In this document: piece by piece, positions 20,563 through 28,043 of the stretch
Numbering within the stretch: position 1 is the first letter of the stretch
Layout: every line of letters begins with the position of its first letter
Source: Acidobacteria bacterium 13_2_20CM_57_17
GTDB taxonomy: Bacteria; Acidobacteriota; Terriglobia; Acidiferrales; UBA7541
Assembly (NCBI GenBank): GCA_001914785.1
Contig: MNDE01000154.1
Coordinates: forward strand, 44,107-108,106
Reading direction: 5' to 3'
DNA: 64,000 bases
Notes under the pieces: generated by a model
Databases searched by the model: none
What the model saw: the letters and a program-made list of their open reading frames with translations, nothing else
What the model was told of the DNA's origin: nothing
Made by a program: the position numbers and the translations under genes

Positions 20563-22434
20563 ATGATCTGCAATAACACACACCGGATCTTACAAAGCAA
20601 TGTTAGTTCCACACGAAACAAATATCGATCCAACCCAGTGGCATATAGGGGGCAATTGTTCGTTGCGATTCTGTTGTTGATTGTCTGTGCGCCGGTCGCA
20701 CACGGGCAGACGCAGGACGTCACAAGCAAACTGAGCGGTTTTGACTCCTACATGGAGCAGGTCCTGAAGGATTGGAACACTCCCGGAATTGGCGTGGGCA
20801 TCGTGGTCAACGACAAACTGGTTTTCGCCAAGGGCTACGGCTATCGCGACTATGAGAAGAAGCTGCCCTTCACGCCGACGACGCTGTGCCAGATTGCCTC
20901 GAACTCAAAACTATTCACCGCTGTTTCCGCGGGCATGCTCGTCGAAGAAGGGAAGCTGACTTGGGACAAGCCGGTGCGCGAGTCGGTTCCAACGATTCAG
21001 TTTTACAACGATCAGCTGAACAACAACGTCACGCTGCGCGACATGTTGTCGCACCGCACCGGAGTTACACGTCACGACTTGATCTGGTTCAGGTCCCCTT
21101 TTACAAGGAAGGAACTCTTCGAAAAGTTGAAGTATCTCGAACCGCAAGAACCGATGCGGGAAGCGTTCCTCTACAACAACCTGATGTACGCGGCTGCCGG
21201 CGAAATCATCGAATTAAAATCCGGGAAGCGCTGGGAGGAGTTCGTGCGCGAGAGGATTTTCTCGCCGCTTGGTATGAACACGACGGCCTTCACGATTTCC
21301 GATATGACGCAGCATCCGGACCACGGCGTTCCCTACCGCGAAAAGCGTGACTCGTTCGAGCTGTACAAGATTCCTTATTATGAGGACACCGAGGGCGTGG
21401 CTCCGGCGGGCGCCATCATTTCCAATATCGATGAGCTGTCCCACTGGCTGATTGCGCTGATGAATGAAGGAAAGTACAACGGGAAACAAGCCCTGCCGGC
21501 GAGTGTGCTCAAAGCCACCTTGCAACCGGCCATTGGCTTGCCAAACACCCTTGGGGAAGCCCTAGGATTTTGGGAGCTGCTCAATCCAGCTTATGGCATG
21601 GGCCGGCAAACCGCGGCCTATCGCGGCCATCTGCTTACCTATCACGGCGGTGACCTTCCCGGTTTCCATTCGCAGGTTTCCTTCATGCCCAACGACAAGA
21701 TTGGCGTGATCGTCCTGGTAATCAGCGATCATAGCGCTCCGCTGTACAACATCGTCAGCTACAACGTGTACGAGCGGCTTCTCGGCTTGGACCAGACACC
21801 TTGGAGCCAGCGCCAACTCCAACAGCGGCTCGCGGGAAAGAAAGCAGCCACGGAAGCGCGCGCGAAGGCCGGCGGTGACCGAGTTCCAAACACAAAGCCA
21901 TCTCATTCGCTGGCGGACTACGCCGGCGATTATGAGAATGCGGCTTACGGCATCCTGAAAATCGGGCTTAAGAGCGACGCGCTGCAATTCGGTTTTCACG
22001 CGTTCGATTTTCCGCTGAGCCACTTTCACTACGATCGCTTTGACACGCCCGATGACGAGCAATACGGCAAGTTTTCCGTCAATTTCCGGACGAATCCGCA
22101 AGGTGATATTGATGGCGCCGTGATATCACTGGACCAGGCGGAAGTTGTATTCACACGCAAGCCCGAAACGCTGGACCCGGCGCTGCTCGAAAAGCTTGCG
22201 GGTGGATACTTGACTCCGACCAAGGTCAAATTTGAAGTTCTCTATCAGCCGGGGGCCGGTCTCTCGCTCGCCTTCCCGGGCGGACCTCCTATCAAGCTGA
22301 TTCCACTCAAGGGGCTCAAATTCAGGACCCCGCAATTTGCCGATATCATCTATGAGTTTGTCATGGAGAACAGCAAAGTGACCGCGCTGAAGCAGCGCAA
22401 CCCGTCCGGCGAATTCACGTTCCCGCGGCAATAG
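20563..22434 (+). CDS. Serine hydrolase, beta-lactamase/peptidase S12 family, with DUF3471-like C-terminal domain
   Basis: IASNSK (SxxK), YNN, HGG, LLTYHGGDLPGF; start uncertain (ATG 20563 follows GAGGAG). Confidence 0.9.
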   Translation: MICNNTHRILQSNVSSTRNKYRSNPVAYRGQLFVAILLLIVCAPVAHGQTQDVTSKLSGFDSYMEQVLKDWNTPGIGVGIVVNDKLVFAKGYGYRDYEKKLPFTPTTLCQIASNSKLFTAVSAGMLVEEGKLTWDKPVRESVPTIQFYNDQLNNNVTLRDMLSHRTGVTRHDLIWFRSPFTRKELFEKLKYLEPQEPMREAFLYNNLMYAAAGEIIELKSGKRWEEFVRERIFSPLGMNTTAFTISDMTQHPDHGVPYREKRDSFELYKIPYYEDTEGVAPAGAIISNIDELSHWLIALMNEGKYNGKQALPASVLKATLQPAIGLPNTLGEALGFWELLNPAYGMGRQTAAYRGHLLTYHGGDLPGFHSQVSFMPNDKIGVIVLVISDHSAPLYNIVSYNVYERLLGLDQTPWSQRQLQQRLAGKKAATEARAKAGGDRVPNTKPSHSLADYAGDYENAAYGILKIGLKSDALQFGFHAFDFPLSHFHYDRFDTPDDEQYGKFSVNFRTNPQGDIDGAVISLDQAEVVFTRKPETLDPALLEKLAGGYLTPTKVKFEVLYQPGAGLSLAFPGGPPIKLIPLKGLKFRTPQFADIIYEFVMENSKVTALKQRNPSGEFTFPRQ

Positions 22435-22589
22435 CGGGGCGTGAGCTGATAACGCGTAGCAATGGCAGCCGCGAGAATAAGTGGCCCGCGCGTGCTCAAG
22501 AACCCGTCGAAGAATAAACTCCAAGTCATTCCAGACTAGAGGGATGTTGCGCCTTATCCGTGCGTCTTATGCAGGGACAAGAATAATGC

Positions 22590-22619
22590 TTGACATATTC
22601 CTATATAGGAATGTATTGT
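22590..22619 (+). promoter_or_regulatory. Sigma70 promoter with palindromic operator
   Basis: TTGACA (22590-95), TATTGT (22614-19); the perfect 16-bp palindrome ATTCCTATATAGGAAT (22597-22612) fills the spacer. Confidence 0.8.
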
Positions 22620-22625
22620 GAGGAC

Positions 22626-23018
22626 ATGGCACGAGCGGCGACAACTTCGGATGCGTTCAACGCGGTGGCCGAGCCGCGGCGTCGGGCTATCCTGAACTAC
22701 CTTGCGATGCAGGAGCGGCCCGTCGGTGAGATTGTGGATTCGCTGGGGTTGGAGCAGCCTTCGGTATCCAAGCACTTGCGAGTGTTGCTCGAAGTGGGCC
22801 TGGTCAATGTGCGGCGCGACGGCCGCCGCATGCTGTATCGAACCAATGCCGAAGCGATCCGTCCGCTTCACGAGTGGACGGAAACATTTGAACGATTCTG
22901 GCGTCACCAATTGAGCCGCATCAAGGAACGCGCCGAAGGAAAAAGCAATCCGCCAAAAGATTCAGGTCCGCATTTCATTCCACGGAGGAAGCATGATTAC
23001 GACGGGAATAAAAATTGA
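22626..23018 (+). CDS. ArsR/SmtB-family transcriptional regulator
   Basis: FNAVAEPRRRAIL, QPSVSKHLRVL, GLVNVRRDGRRMLY. Confidence 0.93.
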   Translation: MARAATTSDAFNAVAEPRRRAILNYLAMQERPVGEIVDSLGLEQPSVSKHLRVLLEVGLVNVRRDGRRMLYRTNAEAIRPLHEWTETFERFWRHQLSRIKERAEGKSNPPKDSGPHFIPRRKHDYDGNKN

Positions 23019-23451
23019 GGATTTGACGTTGAATGTCACAGAGGAAATCCAAGTGCGCGCGCCGCTGGAAGCGACGTTCGCCGCTCTCCTGGAACAACTC
23101 GGGCCATTCAACGAAACGGCCGAAGGCAAGCCCATGCCCATGAAGATCGAGCCATGGCCGGGTGGCAGGTGGTACCGCGACCTGGGCGACAGCAACGGCC
23201 ACTTTTGGGGAAGCGTGCAGGCCATCAAGCGCCCGACTTTGCTCGAAATTACGGGGCCGTTGTTTATGTCCTATCCGGTTGTTTCCAACGTGCAGTACCG
23301 CTTGAACCAGGTGGACGGCGGGACGCTGATTCAGTTCCGGCACTCGGCGCTGGGATTGATTCAGGACGATCATCGCAAGGGAGTTACAGGTGGCTGGAAG
23401 CACATCAACGAAGGTGTCAGGAAGCGGGCGGAGGCGGCGCGTCCGCGGTGA
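22993..23451 (+). CDS. SRPBCC/AHA1-like domain protein
   Basis: GGAGG RBS; EPWPGGRWYRDLG, C-terminal GW helix; typical partner of ArsR genes. Confidence 0.85.
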   Translation: MITTGIKIEDLTLNVTEEIQVRAPLEATFAALLEQLGPFNETAEGKPMPMKIEPWPGGRWYRDLGDSNGHFWGSVQAIKRPTLLEITGPLFMSYPVVSNVQYRLNQVDGGTLIQFRHSALGLIQDDHRKGVTGGWKHINEGVRKRAEAARPR

Positions 23452-23479
23452 GCGCGGTTGTCGAGGAAGGAGATACTTT

Positions 23480-23635
23480 ATGTGCCCGGCGTGTATTGCG
23501 AGTGCGACTATGGTGCTCTCGAGCGTCATGTTGACGGGTGGATTAACTGCACTTGTCCTGAAGGTTAGGGCGAACAAGGGCGCAAAGAATTCAGTTCAGC
23601 ACACAAATCCAAAGGAGGAAACATGGGCCAAGTAA
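23480..23635 (+). CDS. 51-aa CxxC membrane microprotein
   Basis: AAGGAG RBS, MCPACIASATMVLSSVMLTGGLTALVLKV...; its end overlaps the next start codon. Confidence 0.7.
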   Translation: MCPACIASATMVLSSVMLTGGLTALVLKVRANKGAKNSVQHTNPKEETWAK

Positions 23636-24099
23636 CCAACGAGCAGGTGAATCTGATGTTGCGGCTGTACGAGGAACGGCGCGAGCCTAAGTTGAGAGAA
23701 GCGCGCGACTGGTTCTCGGCAAACTTCCACGTGAAAACTGCCGACGACTTGATACGCGTGTGTCCTCCCGGCAGCAAGGAAAACACGTACATGCGCATGG
23801 TGCTGGGTTACTGGGAGATGGTGGCCAGCATCGTGAACCGCGGGCTGATCGACGAAGAGTTTTTCTTCGAAAGCAACGGGGAACAGTGGGCTGTCTGGGA
23901 ACAGGTGAAGCCGGTGATCGGCGCGTGGCGCGCCATGTTCAGCAGCCCGAACTTCCTCGCCAACCTGGAGACGCAGTGCAATCACCTGGAGGTCTGGAGA
24001 GAAAAGCGCAGCCCAGGATCCAACGATGCCATTCGCAAGGTTCTTGCGCAAACGCAACAGGCGACGCAAGCACAAAAGGCGCAGGCCGCCGCCAGCTAG
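23623..24099 (+). CDS. Helical hypothetical protein, DUF4760-like
   Basis: AGGAGG RBS; LRLYEERRE..LREARDWF, YWEMVAS, FLANLE. Confidence 0.75.
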   Translation: MGQVTNEQVNLMLRLYEERREPKLREARDWFSANFHVKTADDLIRVCPPGSKENTYMRMVLGYWEMVASIVNRGLIDEEFFFESNGEQWAVWEQVKPVIGAWRAMFSSPNFLANLETQCNHLEVWREKRSPGSNDAIRKVLAQTQQATQAQKAQAAAS

Positions 24100-24232
24100 A
24101 ACCGCGGTTCGCACAGTTATCGGTAACAGCCAGTGGATGCGGGGCTCGGCCGAAGCTCGGCCGGGCTTCCGCATTCACCTGGCGCAAGACTATCTTCGGT
24201 GAGAATAGACAAGCAGGAGAGGAGAATCAGGC

Positions 24233-25036
24233 ATGGCAACGAGAGCGATGGAACATGCAAAAGTCGTGTCGCCGACGGAATGGCTGGCCGCACGCAAGGA
24301 GCTGCTAAAGAAGGAGAAGGAGTTCTCGCGGCTTCGCGACCAGTTGAGCAAGCAGCGCCGCGAGCTGCCGTGGGAGAATGTTGAGAAGGTTTACGTCTTC
24401 GATGGGCCAAAAGGCAAAGAGACGCTCGCGGATCTTTTCGGCGGCAGAAGCCAGCTGATCGTGTATCACTTCATGTTGGGTCCGGGGTGGGCGGAAGGCT
24501 GCCCAAGCTGCTCGTTCATCTCGGATCACATTGACGGCAGCATGGTGCACCTTGCAGCGCGCGATGTCAGGCTGGCGGTCATCTCTCGCGCGCCGCTGGC
24601 GGAGATCGAGGCGTTCAAGAAGCGCATGGGCTGGCGGTTCCATTGGGTGTCGTCGCACGGCAGCGACTTCAATTATGACTACCAGGTGTCGATGAATAAA
24701 GAAGAGTTGGGCAAAGGCGAAGTCTATTACAACTACGGAATGCAGCAATTCCCCAGCGAGGAACGCCCCGGGACGAGTGTGTTTTACAAAGACGCGGCCG
24801 GCAATATCTTTCACACCTATTCGAGCTACGCTCGCGGACTGGACATCCTCATCGGCGCGTACAACTGGCTGGATATCACGCCAAAGGGCCGCGACGAAGA
24901 AGGACTAAAACATACCATGGCCTGGGTGCGGCATCACGACAAGTACGATGAGGGGTACAAGGTAGACGCGAAGGCCGAATACGTGCAACCTGCCAAAGCC
25001 GCAGACGTTGCAGGCAGTTGTTGCGAGCATCATTGA
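24233..25036 (+). CDS. DUF899 thioredoxin-like family protein
   Basis: EWLAARKELL, RRELPW, LIVYHFM, GCPSCS, FHTYSSYARG, LDITPKGRDE. Confidence 0.9.
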   Translation: MATRAMEHAKVVSPTEWLAARKELLKKEKEFSRLRDQLSKQRRELPWENVEKVYVFDGPKGKETLADLFGGRSQLIVYHFMLGPGWAEGCPSCSFISDHIDGSMVHLAARDVRLAVISRAPLAEIEAFKKRMGWRFHWVSSHGSDFNYDYQVSMNKEELGKGEVYYNYGMQQFPSEERPGTSVFYKDAAGNIFHTYSSYARGLDILIGAYNWLDITPKGRDEEGLKHTMAWVRHHDKYDEGYKVDAKAEYVQPAKAADVAGSCCEHH

Positions 25037-25136
25037 TCGCGAAGCTTTCGGATTGCACGCAAGCACGATCGGGCGGCGACGCGTACTTCTTCAGAAGGAG
25101 TCCGCGTCAGCTTTGCCGCCCACAACTTCGGAAGGC

Positions 25137-26114
25137 TCACTCTTTAGGCGCGTAGTATCCCCTGCGGGCGAGAGCTTTCAATTCCTTGTCGGCCATTTCC
25201 ATTTTGATTTTGCGGAATTTCCCATCGTGTGCCGAATTTGTAGGGTAATATCCGAGCGTGTATTGGTCGCGCAACTCCTCTGCGATCTGGTCGAACGCTT
25301 CCTGCAGATGTTTCATCGATCCCACGTCAATGACGCGCCCGCCGGTTTCCTCGGCCATTTTTTTGGCGACGTCGGGCCGCGTGCCGTAACCGGGATCGTG
25401 GACCAGCAGGATATGAATCACGGCGTCCGTGCGCTCGGCGACTTCGATGGCTTCCTTTAGCTCTACTTTGCTCCCTTGATCGTCTGCGTCGGTGATGATC
25501 ACCAGCGCCTTGCGTCCTGCCTCGGTCGCCAGCTTTTCGGTGCACGCCACCCAAACAGCGTCGTAGAAGGCCGTTCCGCGCAAGCCGCGAGTCCGCGATT
25601 CGGGCGGTAGCGGCCCCGCATTGACCATGCTCACGTTCGGAGCGTTGATGCGCGCGCTGCGGATGGCACGGTCAAGCTGCGCTCGGTCATCGGTAAAATC
25701 GGAAAGCAGGTCAACGTCGGTCCCGAACGAAATCACCATGGCTTCGTCGCCCTTGCGGAGGACTTGGTTCAGAAAGCCCGTGGCAGCTTCCTGCTCGGCG
25801 GGCAGACGATTCTCCTCGCTAAGGCTGGTATCGATGAGCAACCCGAGGGTGATGGGCAAAGCTCTCTCATTCGAGAAGAAGGCGATCTTCTGCTCTTGGT
25901 CGTCTTCGAAGACATGAAAGTCTTCCTTCTTCAGGCTGGGCATGATGTGTTTTTTCTTGTCGCGGACGGTGGCGAAAATGTTTACGAGGTTCACTTGGCT
26001 CTTGATCACCGGCGGTGCTTGCGCGGCAGGCTCCTGCGACGTGGCGGGAATCGATAAACTCGCCGCAACCGTTGCCGTCACACAGTGCATCAAAAGCTTA
26101 TGCATCGATTGCAT
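25137..26114 (-). CDS. VWA-domain protein (canonical MIDAS)
   Basis: LIDTSLS, GTAFYDA, ITDADD, ETGG, QYTLGY, RRGYY. Confidence 0.92.
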   Translation of the reverse strand: MQSMHKLLMHCVTATVAASLSIPATSQEPAAQAPPVIKSQVNLVNIFATVRDKKKHIMPSLKKEDFHVFEDDQEQKIAFFSNERALPITLGLLIDTSLSEENRLPAEQEAATGFLNQVLRKGDEAMVISFGTDVDLLSDFTDDRAQLDRAIRSARINAPNVSMVNAGPLPPESRTRGLRGTAFYDAVWVACTEKLATEAGRKALVIITDADDQGSKVELKEAIEVAERTDAVIHILLVHDPGYGTRPDVAKKMAEETGGRVIDVGSMKHLQEAFDQIAEELRDQYTLGYYPTNSAHDGKFRKIKMEMADKELKALARRGYYAPKE

Positions 26115-26260
26115 GTATACTTTCCTCAGCGAGAGATGCCCGGCTGTAAAAATGCCGCGGGGTTACTGCCGCCCTGTAGGATGCCGCGAAGCGGTGCGAT
26201 GGATGCGTGACCGAAATCGCCGGCGCGGATAATTTCAATAGGAAGTTTGGCTTGAGGACT

Positions 26261-27355
26261 ATGAAAAGTCTACGAAAAACGGTGTGGATGGCTGGAGCGC
26301 TGTTCTTCGCTGTACCCTTTGCCTATCTTGGCGCGCAAACCACGAAGCAAAGTGCTCCTCCTGCAACGCAGGAACAGGGCTCTCCGGCGCCCGCTCAACA
26401 AGGCGGTCCAGCCACCATCCGCATTCCTGTTAACCAGGTCATCGTCCCAGTCACCGTTAAAGATGGAGCCGGCCGGCTCGTTCCCGACCTTCGCCGGGAT
26501 GAATTTCGCGTCTTCGAGGATAACGTCGAGCAAAAAATCGCTTCCTTTATTGCCGAGCCGATTGCCATCTCCATGGTTGTGCTGATTGATAACGACCTGA
26601 ATTCCAGGGACGCCAGGCAGGTAGAGCAAAGTCTCCGCGCGATTGTTGCCGGACTGAGTCTGACTGATGAAGCCTGGGTTTGCCGCTTCGACCAGCGCTT
26701 TCACCCGGGCAAAGGCTTCCTCAGCGACCAGGACAAGCTGCTTACGGAATTGAAGCGAACGCGCCTGGACGGCCCCCCCCCCGCGGGACCTTCGAGCGCG
26801 GCCATCGCCAATAGCCCTTCGATTAACGGACATTCCGCCATCGGTGATGCGCCGAATATCGCCGGAGGTCTGACGAATCTCAAGGGCCAGCCGACCAAGG
26901 CATTGGACGATGCGGTCTACGCCGCAGCCCAGTTGCTGAAAGACCGTGATCCAGAGCGCCAGCGCCGGAAGATTATTTTTTTGATTTCCGACGGCGTCAA
27001 CGGGCCAAAGTTCAATGTGAATAACTACGACACCGTGCTGAAGGAACTGCTTCGCTACAACATTACGGTTTACGGAATTGGCGTGGGCAGCGCTTATTTC
27101 GAACGAAGATTCGAACGCCTTTCCAAGTACGCGCACGATACGGGAGGCGATGTCTACTATGGAATGAAGAGCCGGGCCATGGAGGAGCTATACGCCCGAG
27201 TTACGGAAGAGGCTCGCAACCAATACACGCTGGCCTACGCTCCCAGCGGAACGGACCGCGGCCTGGAATATCATTCCATCGAGGTCCGTGTGAGGCGCGA
27301 AGGCTTGACCATCCTGACCCGCGAGGGGTACTACACTGGGGCGATGCCGAGATAG
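26261..27355 (+). CDS. VWA-domain protein (degenerate MIDAS)
   Basis: GAGG RBS before ATG 26261; LIDNDLNS, TKALDDAV, ISDG, QYTLAY; clear paralogue of 14387..15463. Confidence 0.9.
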   Translation: MKSLRKTVWMAGALFFAVPFAYLGAQTTKQSAPPATQEQGSPAPAQQGGPATIRIPVNQVIVPVTVKDGAGRLVPDLRRDEFRVFEDNVEQKIASFIAEPIAISMVVLIDNDLNSRDARQVEQSLRAIVAGLSLTDEAWVCRFDQRFHPGKGFLSDQDKLLTELKRTRLDGPPPAGPSSAAIANSPSINGHSAIGDAPNIAGGLTNLKGQPTKALDDAVYAAAQLLKDRDPERQRRKIIFLISDGVNGPKFNVNNYDTVLKELLRYNITVYGIGVGSAYFERRFERLSKYAHDTGGDVYYGMKSRAMEELYARVTEEARNQYTLAYAPSGTDRGLEYHSIEVRVRREGLTILTREGYYTGAMPR

Positions 27356-27472
27356 CCTAGTTTTTTTCTTGCAAATTATCTTGACTCTTGCACGGACCAC
27401 TCGTATATGAGGTCGGAGGCGAGTGGCTGGCGGTGACGCTGGTTGTCTGCCCAGACTGAGGAGGAATTTCGC

Positions 27473-27526
27473 ATGAAGAAAAAGACTAAGAAGGACGAGA
27501 AAAAAGCCCCAAAGAAAAAGAAATAA
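27473..27526 (+). CDS. 17-aa lysine-rich micropeptide MKKKTKKDEKKAPKKKK
   Basis: GAGGAGGA RBS 7 nt upstream; own promoter-like sequence and terminator. Confidence 0.65.
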   Translation: MKKKTKKDEKKAPKKKK

Positions 27527-27554
27527 GTGATCTCCAACAAGATTTTGCAGCTTG

Positions 27555-27590
27555 GGCGCCCTGACGAAGGTTGGGGCGCCTCTTCTTTTT
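27555..27590 (+). terminator. Intrinsic terminator
   Basis: GGCGCCCTGAC-GAAG-GTTGGGGCGCC stem followed by TCTTCTTTTT. Confidence 0.8.
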
Positions 27591-27620
27591 CGCCTTAGTC
27601 GCGAAGGAAGAGAGATTCGG

Positions 27621-27977
27621 TCAGGTCTTGCCCACCACAACAGCTTCACCTGTTCCCGGTAACCCTTCCATTGCGCGTTCGCGAAGATAGAGAAACAGTG
27701 GGAACGCCAGGCTCACTCCAACTGCGCATAGACCGGCAATCGGAAGCCAACGGAACGGCAGCCGGAGCCGTCGTCCCTCGATGCGCATAAACACCAAGAG
27801 GACTATGGAAGAGACGAGGACGTCCAGACCGAAGAACGCGCTGATGCGGTTGGCGAAAAGCTGGCGCATCAGCAGCCCGAGCGGCAGTCCATTCTCCATG
27901 ACCCACGGGACGAATTGCGAGTAGGGGATCGCTGTGCCCAGAACGCAAAGGAACAAGTAAACATTTTTGCGGTTCAT
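27621..27977 (-). CDS. DUF2834-like membrane protein
   Basis: GGAG RBS; YLFLCVLG, LFANRISAFFGLD, VGVSLAFPLFLYLRE. Confidence 0.8.
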   Translation of the reverse strand: MNRKNVYLFLCVLGTAIPYSQFVPWVMENGLPLGLLMRQLFANRISAFFGLDVLVSSIVLLVFMRIEGRRLRLPFRWLPIAGLCAVGVSLAFPLFLYLRERAMEGLPGTGEAVVVGKT

Positions 27978-28043
27978 AGGATATTCTCCAATTCGTCGAG
28001 CGTTGCGAGGTTTGCGGATATTCACTCTTCCAAAAAAATTGCT

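Noticed and set aside
27473-27526. Lysine attenuator leader peptide
   Set aside because: No co-directional gene follows the terminator and I see no antiterminator; kept as a stand-alone short ORF.
27578-27594. TTCGCC here and at about 42691 as further LexA boxes
   Set aside because: The first half-site 11 nt upstream is missing.
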